Positions 20,104-30,343 of a DNA stretch of 64,000 nucleotides are shown piece after piece. Numbering within the stretch: the stretch's first letter is position 1; each line of letters begins with the position of its first letter. The stretch covers positions 1 through 64,000 of the IMG/VR virus record IMGVR_UViG_3300045974_000760; one strand, 5' to 3'. Position numbers and translations under genes: made by a program. The DNA comes from a virus. Under the pieces are notes generated by a model. It did not search any database. It had not been told where the DNA came from and saw only the letters and a program-made list of their open reading frames with translations.

Positions 20104-20483
20104 CTCTCCCCCTCTCTGTCTTCATGCCGAAGGATGTAGCTACTGCGCTTCTCAAGGAAGCGGAGATGGCTGCGCAGCCTATGTCAGGGGCCGAGCCCAT
20201 CGAGAGTCCGTGGAAGCACGGCCTTGGTGTTGTAGGCGCTGGAGCCGCGGGCTTTGTGGGCGGGGGGCTTGCGGGTGCATTGACTGGTAAGCTCCTCGAC
20301 AAGGGCTTCGGCGCTGCGACAGGCAACAAGGTCCCCCTGCAGTATGTCCAGCGCGGTCTACCCCTGGCGGGAGCCGCTCTCGGTATTGCGGGCAAGCTCT
20401 ACTACGACCATCAACAACAGGAGCTAAGCCGTGCCCTTCAAGCCCACAAGGACCAGCGACAACGGGGCCTTCCCAGCAAGTAG
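20100..20483 (+). CDS. Small membrane-type glycine-zipper protein with LLKEA motif
   Basis: Two hydrophobic Gly-rich segments; ATGA coupling. Confidence 0.6.
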   Translation: MTLPLSVFMPKDVATALLKEAEMAAQPMSGAEPIESPWKHGLGVVGAGAAGFVGGGLAGALTGKLLDKGFGAATGNKVPLQYVQRGLPLAGAALGIAGKLYYDHQQQELSRALQAHKDQRQRGLPSK

Positions 20484-21342
20484 CTTCAAGTACGGCCCAC
20501 TCGAGCACCTTCGCAATCTGTTCGTCGCGTTCGTGCAAGGGCTGTTCGAAGCTGCTCCTCGAGGCGCGTATCACTGGGACCCCTCCGAGGACCTGTCGGA
20601 AATCATCATCCGTGATGAGAACCCGATTCACGTCACAACCTACGGCGAGCGTCCTTGCGTGAACTTCACCCGAGGCCCGATGCAGTTCTTCGGGCTCGGC
20701 ATGGGTGACGTGTTCGACTGGCGGCAGGACACAGGCAAGGTGACCAAGGCGGTACTGCTGCCGGGTACGATGAGCATCAACTGCAGCTCGAGGAACGACA
20801 TCGAGTCTGAGCGGATTGCCTTCATCATCTCGGAGCACATCTGGCTGCTGCGAGAGCAGCTGATGGCGCAAGGGATGTTCGACATTGGCCGGCCGACAAT
20901 CGGAGCTCCGTCGCGAGGCGGGGAAGTGATTGCTTCGGATAGTGCGGACGAGTGGTATGTGACGTCGGCGAACTTCCCGTTCCAGTTGTATCGAACGTCG
21001 CAGTTTACGCCGCTGGGGCGGACAGTTGTGGAGAACATCAGCCTGCGTATGCGGGCGGTTACGCCACCTCGTCCGGACCAAGGGCCAGTGGGCGGTGGGG
21101 GACACGAGCTGCCGTACGGGGTGGTGGAGCATGCCCCGGTTCTAGTACCGAGCACGTTGGATGAAGTACGCGTACCGCTGCAAAACAATCCGGCAAAGAC
21201 GACTGTAGTTACTGCTTCGTTCCCATTCCGCCCTGGTATTCGCGGCCTGCAGGTTGCGGGTCGCGCCCTTCCCTTCCCCGGAAGTAGCGTGGAAGAATCG
21301 GCAGTACCAAGGACCACAGAAGTTAGGCCGATCAAGGTCTGA
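20431..21342 (+). CDS. Putative tail terminator/completion protein
   Basis: AGGAG then GTG; directly upstream of the sheath; alpha/beta pattern MSINCSSRNDIESERIA. Confidence 0.5.
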   Translation: MPFKPTRTSDNGAFPASSFKYGPLEHLRNLFVAFVQGLFEAAPRGAYHWDPSEDLSEIIIRDENPIHVTTYGERPCVNFTRGPMQFFGLGMGDVFDWRQDTGKVTKAVLLPGTMSINCSSRNDIESERIAFIISEHIWLLREQLMAQGMFDIGRPTIGAPSRGGEVIASDSADEWYVTSANFPFQLYRTSQFTPLGRTVVENISLRMRAVTPPRPDQGPVGGGGHELPYGVVEHAPVLVPSTLDEVRVPLQNNPAKTTVVTASFPFRPGIRGLQVAGRALPFPGSSVEESAVPRTTEVRPIKV

Positions 21343-21358
21343 GAAAAAGGAGATAACC

Positions 21359-24300
21359 GTGGGTGCATCCATCCCTCGTCCGAGTGTGCAGGTCCTGCAG
21401 GTCTTCCGTACGACCTCGCCGACGATTCTGTCACCGACGCTTCCGCCGTGTATCGTTGGCGTCTGCAATCAGATTGTCGACGCAGTTACGAAGTCCTCAA
21501 CAGGGGCATCGCTCATCAACAGCGAGGCGCTGGTTGCGCTGCCTGGCTACTTCCTCGCACTTGCTGCACCGGGTTCTCCGGCGGCGTACACCTCGTTGGA
21601 CGGCAAGCAGTTGGTGCTCTCCATCAAGGGCGGGCCCGAAGTCACGGTTGCCTTCGCGGGCACCTCGCTCTCGCCGAAGAAGGTTGTCTCGGAGATCCTC
21701 GATGCGTTCGCTACGGCGGGGGTGACGGAGGCGCTTGCTGAAGTTGTGGGCGACACCTTCGCGCTCCGCACGATTGGTACGGGCGAGTTCGAGACCATCG
21801 AAGTGGTGGTCGATTACCCCTCGACGAAGACCGACCCCGAGGTGCTTGCTGCCTTCGGTGTTGGGGCGAACCGAGTGTACCGCGGTGAGAGTGCGTACGA
21901 GCAGTTCCTGACGGACGTCTCGCTGACGGCCTTCCCGGACACGCGCGGCAACCTCAACGAAGTCACGATCGACCCTGCCTCGCTGAAGGTCTACCTCTCG
22001 CTGGGCGGGAGCAGCCTGAACTTCAAGGAGCTGAGCCGCACGAGCTCCTTCCTTCGAAGGGGCGCGGTCAATACGGTCGCCTCTCTCACGGGCTCGGTGA
22101 TTCTCAGCGGCCTCACCTACGGGGTGAGCGGCGCGTTGAACGGCCTCGACATCAACGTGCTCTACGATGGCAACACCTACGCGGTGAGCTTCGACAGCGC
22201 GGTTGCAGATGCTTCGGGTGTGGTTGCTCGAATCAACGGCATCCTGGGTGTCGCCGCGACCTCGCTCGATACCTCGGGCCACCTGAAGTGGACGAGCCAG
22301 CTTCGAGGCGCAGCCTCGCAGGTGAAGCTGGTCAGCGGTACTGCCCTCACCACGCTCGGCTTCACAGCGGGCGACATCAGCACGGGCACCTCGGCGGTCT
22401 CGGCTGTGGACGATGGCAACGGCGACGGCGTCACGCCAATCCTCGAGCTCGCGGAAGCGATGCTCACGACTGCGGCAACTGCGGCGAACGTGATTGGTTG
22501 GGCGACGCCGACCACGGTGACGGACGGGCACACGCTCATTCTGGGAGATGGCTTCCGTGAGCAGACACACACGTTCGATTCAGCCGCATCGCTGGTCGAC
22601 ATCATCGCGCATCTCGAGGATGAGTTCGGTGAAGCTGCGGGCGGGCGACTGGCCTTCTCGAACTCCTCGAGCTCGCTGAAGATCGAGAATACGTTCCTCG
22701 GCGATGAGTCGGTGGTTCGAGTGGTGGGAGGAACCGCGCTCTACGAGCTCGGCCTCACTCCCCAGCTGCTCGGCACCGCTGACCTCGACGCAGTCGTCGA
22801 CGCGGCTGCAACGTTCAACACCAAGACGTTGATCCTCGACATCAACGGCACCGAGTACACCACGACGTTCGCAGGCCTTGTGGCCTTGAGTGACGGCGCA
22901 GCTATCGCGGCCAAGGTGCACGCCGAGGTTTCCGCGGTTGCTGCCGCCGGCGTCAATGCGGCGAAGCACCTGTACGTGCGCAGCCTGACGGGTGGTACCA
23001 ACACCTCGATCACGGTGGTTGGCGGTACTGCAGTGACCGACCTCGGCCTCACTGTCGGCGCAGTGTTCAGCACCCCTGGGGTGACTGCGACCAACCAGTA
23101 TGTTCGCGGACTCCCGTACCCACCGAAGTCGGGCGATGAGCTCTACGTCGACGGTTCGTACTACGCGCGCATTGTCCAGGTTGCTCCTGGTGCGAACGCG
23201 GCGCGGGTGAAGATCGACAAGCAGGTGGCCATCAACGCCGGTGTTGGGTTGAGCTGGTACATCATCGCGAAGAACCTGCCTGCCACGGCGGGTCCAGACC
23301 CTGACCTCATCGTCAACGGTGATGGCTCGTTCCGCATCAAGCACGAGGTTCTTCGGGACACGCAGGGTGCGCCTTCGAGCACGGGACGCGGCAGCATCTA
23401 CGTGTCGTACTCGGGTCTGCGCAAGGATGTCACGGCGCTGGCCACGAACCCGTCGCTCATCCGCCTCAACGACACCACGCAGCTGACGAGCTTGCTCTCG
23501 CCAGTCGACGCGCGTAACCCGCTCGCACTCGGGTTGTACTTCGCCCTCATCAATGCCCCCACCACGCAAGTGACGGGCATCGGTGTGGACGCGTACAGCG
23601 CGGACAGCCCCTACGGCACGGTGGAAGCGTTCACGCGCGCTGCCGAGTTCCTCGAGGGAGTGGAGGTCTACGCGATTGCGCCTCTGACCCAGGACACGAC
23701 GGTTGCTCAGGTCTACCGCGAACACGTGCTGGCGATGAGCGAGCCGGAGCAGCGGGGCGAGCGCATCGTGATCGTCAATACGCCGACTCCGACGCACAAG
23801 CCGGACACACTGGTTGCTGCGGGTGCTGGTAACAGCACGAGCGCGACCCAGCTCGAGACGGGGATTGCAAACCTCTCGGAGCTCCTGCTCAACGCGGGCA
23901 TCGACCCCTCGGGCACCATCCCTGCTGCGGACGGCGTCTTCCTCGACATCGCTTCGGATGCCAAGCACTACAGCATCTCGAGCATCTCGGGTTCACTCGT
24001 CAACATCCGCACGGCATTCACGGCCGGGCAGAACGACGACTCGTTCTACTCGACGACGGACCTGAACGACAGCCCGCTGCCTGCGCAGCTCATCAACGAG
24101 AACTTCGTCATCAAGCTGCGCGGCGAATCGCTCACGCTGACGGACGGACGCCTCGACAAGAACGCGGCTGCTGACGCCATCGCAACCATCTCGGCGAGCT
24201 ACGCTACCCGACGGTTGTGGAACACCTTCCCTGGTACCTGCACGGCGACCATCGGCGGCATCGATACGGTGCTCCCGGGCTTCTACATGTCGGCGGCGAT

Positions 24301-24796
24301 TGCCGGTATGGTGGGTCGTCAGGCGCCGAGCCAGTCCTTCACGAACGTGCCCATGACTGGGTTCACGGGAGTGGTTGGGTCGAACAACTTCTTCTCGGAG
24401 AAGCAGCTCGACCGCATCGCTGGTGGAGGTACTTGGGTCATCATCCAGGAGGGCGCGGGTACGGCGCTCTTCGCTCGGATGGCGCTCACCTCGGACGTGT
24501 CGACCATCGAGTTCCGCACCGACTCGATTACCAAGGTCGTGGACTACACCGCGAAGTTCCTTCGCCGAGGTCTGCGCACGTACATCGGACGGTTCAACAT
24601 CACGTCGGGCTTCCTCGACAGCCTCTCGCACATCACGCAAGGCCTCCTGGCCTTCTTGGTGGATACGGGCACGCTGCTCTCTGGAGACCTGTCGAACATC
24701 ACCCAGGACGAGAGCCAGATCGATACGGTCCTTATCGACACGATCATCGCGCCGCCGGTGCCCTGCAACTTCATCAAGCTCTCGCTCGTTATTTGA
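21359..24796 (+). CDS. Contractile tail sheath protein, unusually large (1145 aa), with four inserted repeats
   Basis: AAGGAG then GTG; N-terminal PRPSVQV; AEFLEGVEVYAIAPLT; sheath-like C-terminus SITKVVDY..KFLR..LRTYIGRFN...PVPCNFIKLSL. Confidence 0.85.
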   Translation: MGASIPRPSVQVLQVFRTTSPTILSPTLPPCIVGVCNQIVDAVTKSSTGASLINSEALVALPGYFLALAAPGSPAAYTSLDGKQLVLSIKGGPEVTVAFAGTSLSPKKVVSEILDAFATAGVTEALAEVVGDTFALRTIGTGEFETIEVVVDYPSTKTDPEVLAAFGVGANRVYRGESAYEQFLTDVSLTAFPDTRGNLNEVTIDPASLKVYLSLGGSSLNFKELSRTSSFLRRGAVNTVASLTGSVILSGLTYGVSGALNGLDINVLYDGNTYAVSFDSAVADASGVVARINGILGVAATSLDTSGHLKWTSQLRGAASQVKLVSGTALTTLGFTAGDISTGTSAVSAVDDGNGDGVTPILELAEAMLTTAATAANVIGWATPTTVTDGHTLILGDGFREQTHTFDSAASLVDIIAHLEDEFGEAAGGRLAFSNSSSSLKIENTFLGDESVVRVVGGTALYELGLTPQLLGTADLDAVVDAAATFNTKTLILDINGTEYTTTFAGLVALSDGAAIAAKVHAEVSAVAAAGVNAAKHLYVRSLTGGTNTSITVVGGTAVTDLGLTVGAVFSTPGVTATNQYVRGLPYPPKSGDELYVDGSYYARIVQVAPGANAARVKIDKQVAINAGVGLSWYIIAKNLPATAGPDPDLIVNGDGSFRIKHEVLRDTQGAPSSTGRGSIYVSYSGLRKDVTALATNPSLIRLNDTTQLTSLLSPVDARNPLALGLYFALINAPTTQVTGIGVDAYSADSPYGTVEAFTRAAEFLEGVEVYAIAPLTQDTTVAQVYREHVLAMSEPEQRGERIVIVNTPTPTHKPDTLVAAGAGNSTSATQLETGIANLSELLLNAGIDPSGTIPAADGVFLDIASDAKHYSISSISGSLVNIRTAFTAGQNDDSFYSTTDLNDSPLPAQLINENFVIKLRGESLTLTDGRLDKNAAADAIATISASYATRRLWNTFPGTCTATIGGIDTVLPGFYMSAAIAGMVGRQAPSQSFTNVPMTGFTGVVGSNNFFSEKQLDRIAGGGTWVIIQEGAGTALFARMALTSDVSTIEFRTDSITKVVDYTAKFLRRGLRTYIGRFNITSGFLDSLSHITQGLLAFLVDTGTLLSGDLSNITQDESQIDTVLIDTIIAPPVPCNFIKLSLVI

Positions 24797-24840
24797 GCCG
24801 GCTGCCCTGATAACTTCGAGACTGAAGGAGAACACGACAA

Positions 24841-25659
24841 ATGGCTGGTGGAACATTCTCAGGCTGGGCGCCGTACGACTCGTACGTGCAGGCAGGCATG
24901 GCGGATGGCCGGTACGTCAATGCGGGTTGTACCCTGCTTGCCGCCGGCCCTCCTCGACTCGCGAACATCGGCGGCGCAGCTGCGATGTCAAAGGCCTTCT
25001 CGGGAACCGCAGGTGCGGTCTCTACGACCACGGCGGGCAATCAGATTGTCTACCCGATGGGCATCGTGCAGAACTTCAACCTCTCGCAGACGCGGCAGTT
25101 CTCGCGCATCTTCGAGATTGGTTCTGAGCGAAGCTACTTCATCGGCGGACGTACGGTCGGGCAGATTGGCCTGGGACGCGTGTACTACCACGGGGCTTCG
25201 CTGCTCCGTCTCATGTACGCCTACTACCAGGACATCATCCCGGCGAATGGCTTCGTCTCGATGTACGCCAACGACGGCGTCTCGACGATGGCGAACCCGC
25301 ACGATGTCATCATCCCGCCGGGCTACGAGAACATCTTCATCAACCTGGCCTCGGACCTGTTCACGCAGCCCGTCGGCATGCTGATGTACGTGCGCGACAT
25401 CAACCTCGCGACGATGATGGCAACGTACGTCGAGGCTTGCTACTTGCCGAACCACACCTGGGCGACGGATGCTCAGGGTGTGCTCGTGCAGGAGCAGGTC
25501 GCGATTCAGTACGAACGCCTCGTCCCTGTGGCAGTTGGCGCGGTCACCCTCATCAAGGGCGCGGATGCCAACGGCAAGGGCGAGAACAACGCAACGGGCG
25601 CCAACCAGACGTTCAACCAGACCGCCTTAGATGGCAGCGCCTCTACAACTCACGGCTGA
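24841..25659 (+). CDS. Tail tube protein
   Basis: Follows the sheath; GIVQNFNLSQTRQFSRIFEIGS and QEQVAIQYE fit myovirus tube proteins. Confidence 0.75.
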   Translation: MAGGTFSGWAPYDSYVQAGMADGRYVNAGCTLLAAGPPRLANIGGAAAMSKAFSGTAGAVSTTTAGNQIVYPMGIVQNFNLSQTRQFSRIFEIGSERSYFIGGRTVGQIGLGRVYYHGASLLRLMYAYYQDIIPANGFVSMYANDGVSTMANPHDVIIPPGYENIFINLASDLFTQPVGMLMYVRDINLATMMATYVEACYLPNHTWATDAQGVLVQEQVAIQYERLVPVAVGAVTLIKGADANGKGENNATGANQTFNQTALDGSASTTHG

Positions 25660-26023
25660 CCTGTTTGCGCCGGTACCTTCCTCGGTGCCGGCGCAACATG
25701 TCCCGCCGTTTCCGTTGCTGCTCTCGGCGTCGTTCGAGCATGAGCACAGGGACCGCCTTCTGTTCACCGGCTCTAGCGGACGTAGTATCAGCCTGGGGAC
25801 GATGGCCCCGGGCGGTGCCGACTTCAAGCTCCTGGTCATCTACCAGGAGTACACCGACATCGCGGAAGCAATCACGGTGACGCTCAACGAGGCATCCGCC
25901 GGTGCGTTCACTATCGCGCCCGGCGGTTTTATTATCGTCGCCAATCCAGTCGCGCAGACCACCCCCGACATTGGTGTCATCTGGACGGCCGATGCTGTGG
26001 TACGAGTCTACGCCTACGGTTGA
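25631..26023 (+). CDS. Small beta-rich structural protein (putative)
   Basis: 130-aa ORF after the tube gene. Confidence 0.5.
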   Translation: MAAPLQLTADLFAPVPSSVPAQHVPPFPLLLSASFEHEHRDRLLFTGSSGRSISLGTMAPGGADFKLLVIYQEYTDIAEAITVTLNEASAGAFTIAPGGFIIVANPVAQTTPDIGVIWTADAVVRVYAYG

Positions 26024-26041
26024 AAAGGAATCACGCCCACC

Positions 26042-26524
26042 ATGGATTTCAGCAACATCAGTTCTGTCATCAGCGAGCTCCTCGTTGCTGTTGTTTCTGG
26101 TGGGGGCAGCGGCCTTCTCGCTACGGTGGTGAAGAAGTCGCAGCAGCTCACGGACGTGGAGAAGCGCGCCCGTGAGCTTGCTGATTTGGCGACTACTGCG
26201 GCACAGACCCTCCACGATGTGAACGTGAGACTCGCGACTATCGAAACGCGGGTCAGTCTGCTGGAGGTAAGAACGGCCGCGCTCGAGATATTGGACGCCA
26301 AAGAGAGCGGGGCCGCTCCGCACAAGGAGAAGGAAGCTGCGGGCCTTAGCGCGCAGATTGCCGAACTCCGAACGCGCCTCGAGAAGTTCGTCACCCGCGA
26401 AGAGCTTGGCACAGAGCTCAAGCAGCAGGAGGAGGTGTCCGCCACGCTTGCGCGTATTGAACGGCACCTCGATGGCGGTACCCGCTGCAGTAATCCCGCT
26501 CTATGCCCCAAAGCAAAGGAGTAA
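26042..26524 (+). CDS. Membrane-anchored coiled-coil protein (holin/lysis-accessory-like, unverified)
   Basis: N-terminal hydrophobic helix followed by heptad repeats. Confidence 0.45.
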   Translation: MDFSNISSVISELLVAVVSGGGSGLLATVVKKSQQLTDVEKRARELADLATTAAQTLHDVNVRLATIETRVSLLEVRTAALEILDAKESGAAPHKEKEAAGLSAQIAELRTRLEKFVTREELGTELKQQEEVSATLARIERHLDGGTRCSNPALCPKAKE

Positions 26525-26527
26525 CTC

Positions 26528-26719
26528 ATGGCCCCCATTGTCGACCCCGTTACGCAGCTGCGCCGCGCCTCAGATGCCAACGCGCTGCGAGCAAAGGATG
26601 TTCTTCGGCGCCTCGAAGAACGCGACGGTGTACGCGGTGTGGTAGAAGAGGAACAAGATGAGCCACTTCAATCTGCGCGTACAACCGCCCACGCCATCCG
26701 CGAACCCGCAATCTACTAA
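26528..26719 (+). CDS. Small hypothetical protein
   Basis: AAGGAG RBS; 63 aa. Confidence 0.4.
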   Translation: MAPIVDPVTQLRRASDANALRAKDVLRRLEERDGVRGVVEEEQDEPLQSARTTAHAIREPAIY

Positions 26720-28130
26720 GACCGCGAGTCTGCTGGGCAGCGCCGAAGGGCGTGTTGTTCGTACCGCTCTCTCACTAGCTGCCTCGAGCAGCGTCAGCGC
26801 CCATCTCAATCGTGCCTTCCAGCAACGGCAGCAGGCCGAGGAGGTCAATGAGCAGATTCGTGAGATGGAGCTTCGCCGGTCCATGTGGCCGTCAGTCGCG
26901 GCATTCCACACCCGTGTGCCGATCTACATCCAAGGTGGGATGCACTCGCGGAGCATGAACGGTGCCGCGGAAGTGAGTATGGACTCACTACCTCCAGGTC
27001 TCGACGAAGGAATGACCCGCCTTGCTTCTGTGATGCAGGGGATTGGGCGGGACTTCGCAGACATGGACCTCGAGAAGGAGGCTGCTGCTCCCGTCACATC
27101 CATCGTCTCAGCTGCAGGTAAGGCAGCGAAGGACCTGCTTACCCCCGCGTCGAAAGCAGTATCAACAGCAGCACACGTAGTGGCCCCCGCCGCGCACAAC
27201 GTTGCCTCCCCGGTCAGCAATGTGATCTCCGCAACCGCAGGCCGAGCAGCGAAGAGCACAATGCCTGCGGTCACTGCCGCACCTACGGGAGGCGCGATTG
27301 GTAGCGCGCGTGTGGCCCTTCCTACGGCACCGGTACCAGCACCCGCGCTGCCGGCTCTTGGCTCCGGGTACATGGGGGCAACAGGCGCGCCCAAACCGTT
27401 CCCTCGCGTCGCGCCTGCTACGGGACCTAAGACACCAAGCGTGGCGTCGACTTCGGCTACGCCATCGCACATGGGGACGGGAGCGTTCGTGTCACCAACG
27501 GGCCCTGGTATGGCAGCGCCCGCGCGTCTCGCTGGCGCCCCCAATGCAGCGAATGTGAAGACGCTGCCAGCTCAAGCAGCTCCACCAGGCAGTACGTACA
27601 CCCCGCCTCAACCAAAGGCGCGCGTAGCCTCGCCAACGGCGAAACCCAATACGCCGCCTAGTGCCACACCTGCGGCTGCGAGTCCGCCAGCAGCCAAGAC
27701 TCCAGCGAAACCAGCAGTAGCTCCGCCGCCTCCGGCAAACGCAACCACTCCCGCTGCCGCGGCGAGTGGCCCCGCCACGGCTGCCGCTGGTCCTGCCGCC
27801 ACCGCAACCACCCCTGCGGCGGCTGCAGCAGGACCGGCTACTGCTACCGGCGCGGCAGCACCAGCATCAACTCCCGCCGTCGCCCCGCCACCCGCAGGCT
27901 CAGGCGGGATACTCGATGACGTGAAAGCGTTCGGGGCCAAGGTGAAGGGCGAAGCCACGCCGCTCAAGCTGATGGGGGCTGCTGGTATTGCCGCTGGTGG
28001 CTACGGCCTTCTGCAAGCAGGTAAGGCCGGGGTAAACTACGCAAGTCAAGAAGGCGGTCCTCCGCAATACGCACAGGGCGGATTGCAAGTGCCCATGAAC
28101 AACAACATGTACGGAGTCCCGCAAATCTGA
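26658..28130 (+). CDS. Pro/Ala-rich protein with K-x-A motifs and C-terminal Gly-rich hydrophobic segment
   Basis: TKTAS, EKEAA; long P/A/T low-complexity region; LMGAAGIAAGGYGLL. Confidence 0.6.
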   Translation: MSHFNLRVQPPTPSANPQSTKTASLLGSAEGRVVRTALSLAASSSVSAHLNRAFQQRQQAEEVNEQIREMELRRSMWPSVAAFHTRVPIYIQGGMHSRSMNGAAEVSMDSLPPGLDEGMTRLASVMQGIGRDFADMDLEKEAAAPVTSIVSAAGKAAKDLLTPASKAVSTAAHVVAPAAHNVASPVSNVISATAGRAAKSTMPAVTAAPTGGAIGSARVALPTAPVPAPALPALGSGYMGATGAPKPFPRVAPATGPKTPSVASTSATPSHMGTGAFVSPTGPGMAAPARLAGAPNAANVKTLPAQAAPPGSTYTPPQPKARVASPTAKPNTPPSATPAAASPPAAKTPAKPAVAPPPPANATTPAAAASGPATAAAGPAATATTPAAAAAGPATATGAAAPASTPAVAPPPAGSGGILDDVKAFGAKVKGEATPLKLMGAAGIAAGGYGLLQAGKAGVNYASQEGGPPQYAQGGLQVPMNNNMYGVPQI

Positions 28131-28147
28131 GCGGGTAGGAGAACACA

Positions 28148-28843
28148 ATGTCAGCTCTCGCAAAGTACGGTCGTAGCCTCTGGGCAGCTGCTCAGCCCGT
28201 CGTCGGTCACCTCCTCTCAGGCGGTGGTCTTCCGAAAGAAATCAAGGACCTTCGCGCGGACCTCACCACGGCATTCGCGGGGATGCCCAACCTCGTTGTC
28301 GAGGAGTGGACAGACCTCGAGCCCGGCACTGTCAACGCCATCAAGACTGCCGCTGCTACCGTTGCGACGGTAGCTAGTTTCAGCGGCGCTTCGCTGAATG
28401 GCGCGGTGGGCGCAGCTGCGCTCTCACGCCCACGTCGAGTGACTGTGACGACCGCCGGCGCAACGGCATCTGATGCACCGGCCACCGCGCTCATCACCGG
28501 GCTCGCGCCTGATGGTGTGACGGCGCAGACGGACACCATCACGGTCTCGCAGACGGCTGCGACGGCAACCAGCACGAAGTTCTTCTCGAAGGTCACGCAG
28601 ATTGACCTTCCGGCTGCTGATGGAACGGGCGCCACGCTCGCGTTCGGCTTCTCGTCGGAAGTGCTTCTCCGTCGAGTTCCGGTGTCTCGCGCCGGCCTCG
28701 CATTTGCGCTGCATGAAGTTGCTGCCGGTGTTCTGGTGACGACCGGCACCATCTCGGTCGCGAACCAGAGCTACACGCCGGCTTCGGCCCCAGACGGTTC
28801 GAAGGATTACTGCATCTACTACGAGGCTGAACCCTTGACGTGA
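28148..28843 (+). CDS. Putative virion structural protein (Thr/Ala-rich beta protein)
   Basis: AGGAG RBS; PRRVTVT...ITG...DTIT...KFFSKVTQI. Confidence 0.55.
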   Translation: MSALAKYGRSLWAAAQPVVGHLLSGGGLPKEIKDLRADLTTAFAGMPNLVVEEWTDLEPGTVNAIKTAAATVATVASFSGASLNGAVGAAALSRPRRVTVTTAGATASDAPATALITGLAPDGVTAQTDTITVSQTAATATSTKFFSKVTQIDLPAADGTGATLAFGFSSEVLLRRVPVSRAGLAFALHEVAAGVLVTTGTISVANQSYTPASAPDGSKDYCIYYEAEPLT

Positions 28844-28931
28844 TGTGAGTATCGGTTAGGGTAGGAACAGACCTCGTCGTTCCCCCTACCGATGTGGGTC
28901 CGGGCCCTGGAGAGAAATCTCCGGGGCCTGT

Positions 28932-29387
28932 CTATTTGGCCCACCAGAATGTTGGTACTTCGGTACCTGCGAACAGGTCTTCACCATCGAGCTCTTCGGG
29001 CTCTGCGATGTGGTGATGCTTCGCGACTGGCTTGGGCTTGGGTGTTTCGCGCGGCACCGGGCGGTACTTCTCGGAGGCGAACATGCCAGCCGCCTCATTG
29101 ATGCGGGTCATGTCCTCGGGCGAGAGCTTCTCGAGGGATGTCTGACGAGAGGCGAGCAAGTCGAGCAGACGAATCGTGGCCGAGTCGTAGCGCTCTGGAT
29201 GCTCAACCGCGTCGTAGTAGAGCGGGCCGAAGTCACCGCCCAGCAGCTCATGAAGAAACCCCTTCTTCATGGGCGGCGGTGTCTCGACGATGTGAAAGAT
29301 GTCAGGCGGTGCCGGAGGCGCTGGGGGTTGCGGCGGTGCGGGGGGAGGCACCAAGAACTGCGCTAGCTGTGGCGTCCGGGGAGACAT
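28932..29387 (-). CDS. Hypothetical protein
   Basis: 151-aa ORF, last gene of a minus-strand trio. Confidence 0.55.
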   Translation of the reverse strand: MSPRTPQLAQFLVPPPAPPQPPAPPAPPDIFHIVETPPPMKKGFLHELLGGDFGPLYYDAVEHPERYDSATIRLLDLLASRQTSLEKLSPEDMTRINEAAGMFASEKYRPVPRETPKPKPVAKHHHIAEPEELDGEDLFAGTEVPTFWWAK

Positions 29388-29601
29388 GTACGAAGGGTTG
29401 TAGCTTCTTCAGCTTCTTGTCGAGGCGCCGCCGCTTGTATTCTGCGATGAGCTCTTCTTTGCGCGGCAGTACAAGCCGTAGAAGTACAGCGGAGAGAAGG
29501 CGGCCTTGTGTGACTGCGGCCCCTTCCTTCTCTCGGAGAAGCGAGGCGTAGGTACAGAACAACCGCCACGCATCCTCGTCGACCTCAACGGTAATCTTCA
29601 C
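29302..29601 (-). CDS. Small putative DNA-binding protein (RHH-like N-terminus)
   Basis: VKITVEVDEDAWRLF beta-alpha pattern; GTGA coupling with the upstream gene. Confidence 0.4.
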   Translation of the reverse strand: MKITVEVDEDAWRLFCTYASLLREKEGAAVTQGRLLSAVLLRLVLPRKEELIAEYKRRRLDKKLKKLQPFVHVSPDATASAVLGASPRTAATPSASGTA

Positions 29602-30209
29602 GGCTTCGGAGTGAAGTCGACGGGGAAGGTACCGACGAGCTTGCGCAAGGAGAGCCACCCGACGAGCTTGCGCGGTCCCCGACTTGCGGAGAGCTTGCCG
29701 TCTGCGAACTCGCGCTCAACGTACGTCGAGCTCTGCCTGCCGCCCGTCACTTGGCCCGCCGCTGCGCAGGTCCAGATGACTTTGCCGCCATCGTGTACTT
29801 CCTGCATGAAGAACTCGACGTGCTCGCTGTTCGGGTCCCCGTTCGACACGTAGAGAACGTCGCACTTCTCTGGGCGGTTGGCGCCGTCGAAGCGGATGAA
29901 GGCACCTGTAGCGAGACCCCCGCCGTACATCTTGGTGATGCTCTTCTGGATGTCGTAACGAAGACCACGTGCGGGGATGTCGCGGTTCACGATACGACTA
30001 TCGTTCACACCGAGGTGCACGGTGAGGACAACGTTGACGAGGAAGGTGCAGGTCGAGAGGTTCTTGCCAGCCTTCTCCATTTGAAGGCTCTGGCCTTGGG
30101 TCATGAACTCGAAGACGGGGTCTGCGGTGACCTTCGGGACGTAGTGGGTGAGAAGCTCGGCGACATTGCCGACGAGCTCTTCGTGTTCGATTTCTTGTAC
30201 GAGGGGCAT
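29598..30209 (-). CDS. Putative papain-like (CHAP/NlpC-P60) peptidoglycan hydrolase
   Basis: STC (candidate Cys) then a helix; RPEKCDVLYV followed by EHVEFF (candidate His); AAAGQ. Confidence 0.45.
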   Translation of the reverse strand: MPLVQEIEHEELVGNVAELLTHYVPKVTADPVFEFMTQGQSLQMEKAGKNLSTCTFLVNVVLTVHLGVNDSRIVNRDIPARGLRYDIQKSITKMYGGGLATGAFIRFDGANRPEKCDVLYVSNGDPNSEHVEFFMQEVHDGGKVIWTCAAAGQVTGGRQSSTYVEREFADGKLSASRGPRKLVGWLSLRKLVGTFPVDFTPKP

Positions 30210-30343
30210 GCCAGTACAACTACCACGAACAGTTCTACTGGACACCTCGGTATTGCGGGCATATACAACTGGCTCCCACAAGCAGTGCATGTACTACGCG
30301 CCTGAGCGTGGTTGTGCTGCCCTACATCTTTTGCGAGACAGAC

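Noticed and set aside
12491-25659. Encapsulin or extracellular contractile injection system instead of a phage
   Set aside because: Terminase, protease, capsid, neck, sheath, tube, TMP and baseplate together indicate a DNA-packaging tailed phage
27600-27900. Tandem DNA repeat
   Set aside because: Reflects Pro/Ala/Thr low-complexity coding with varied codons, not a nucleotide-level repeat array
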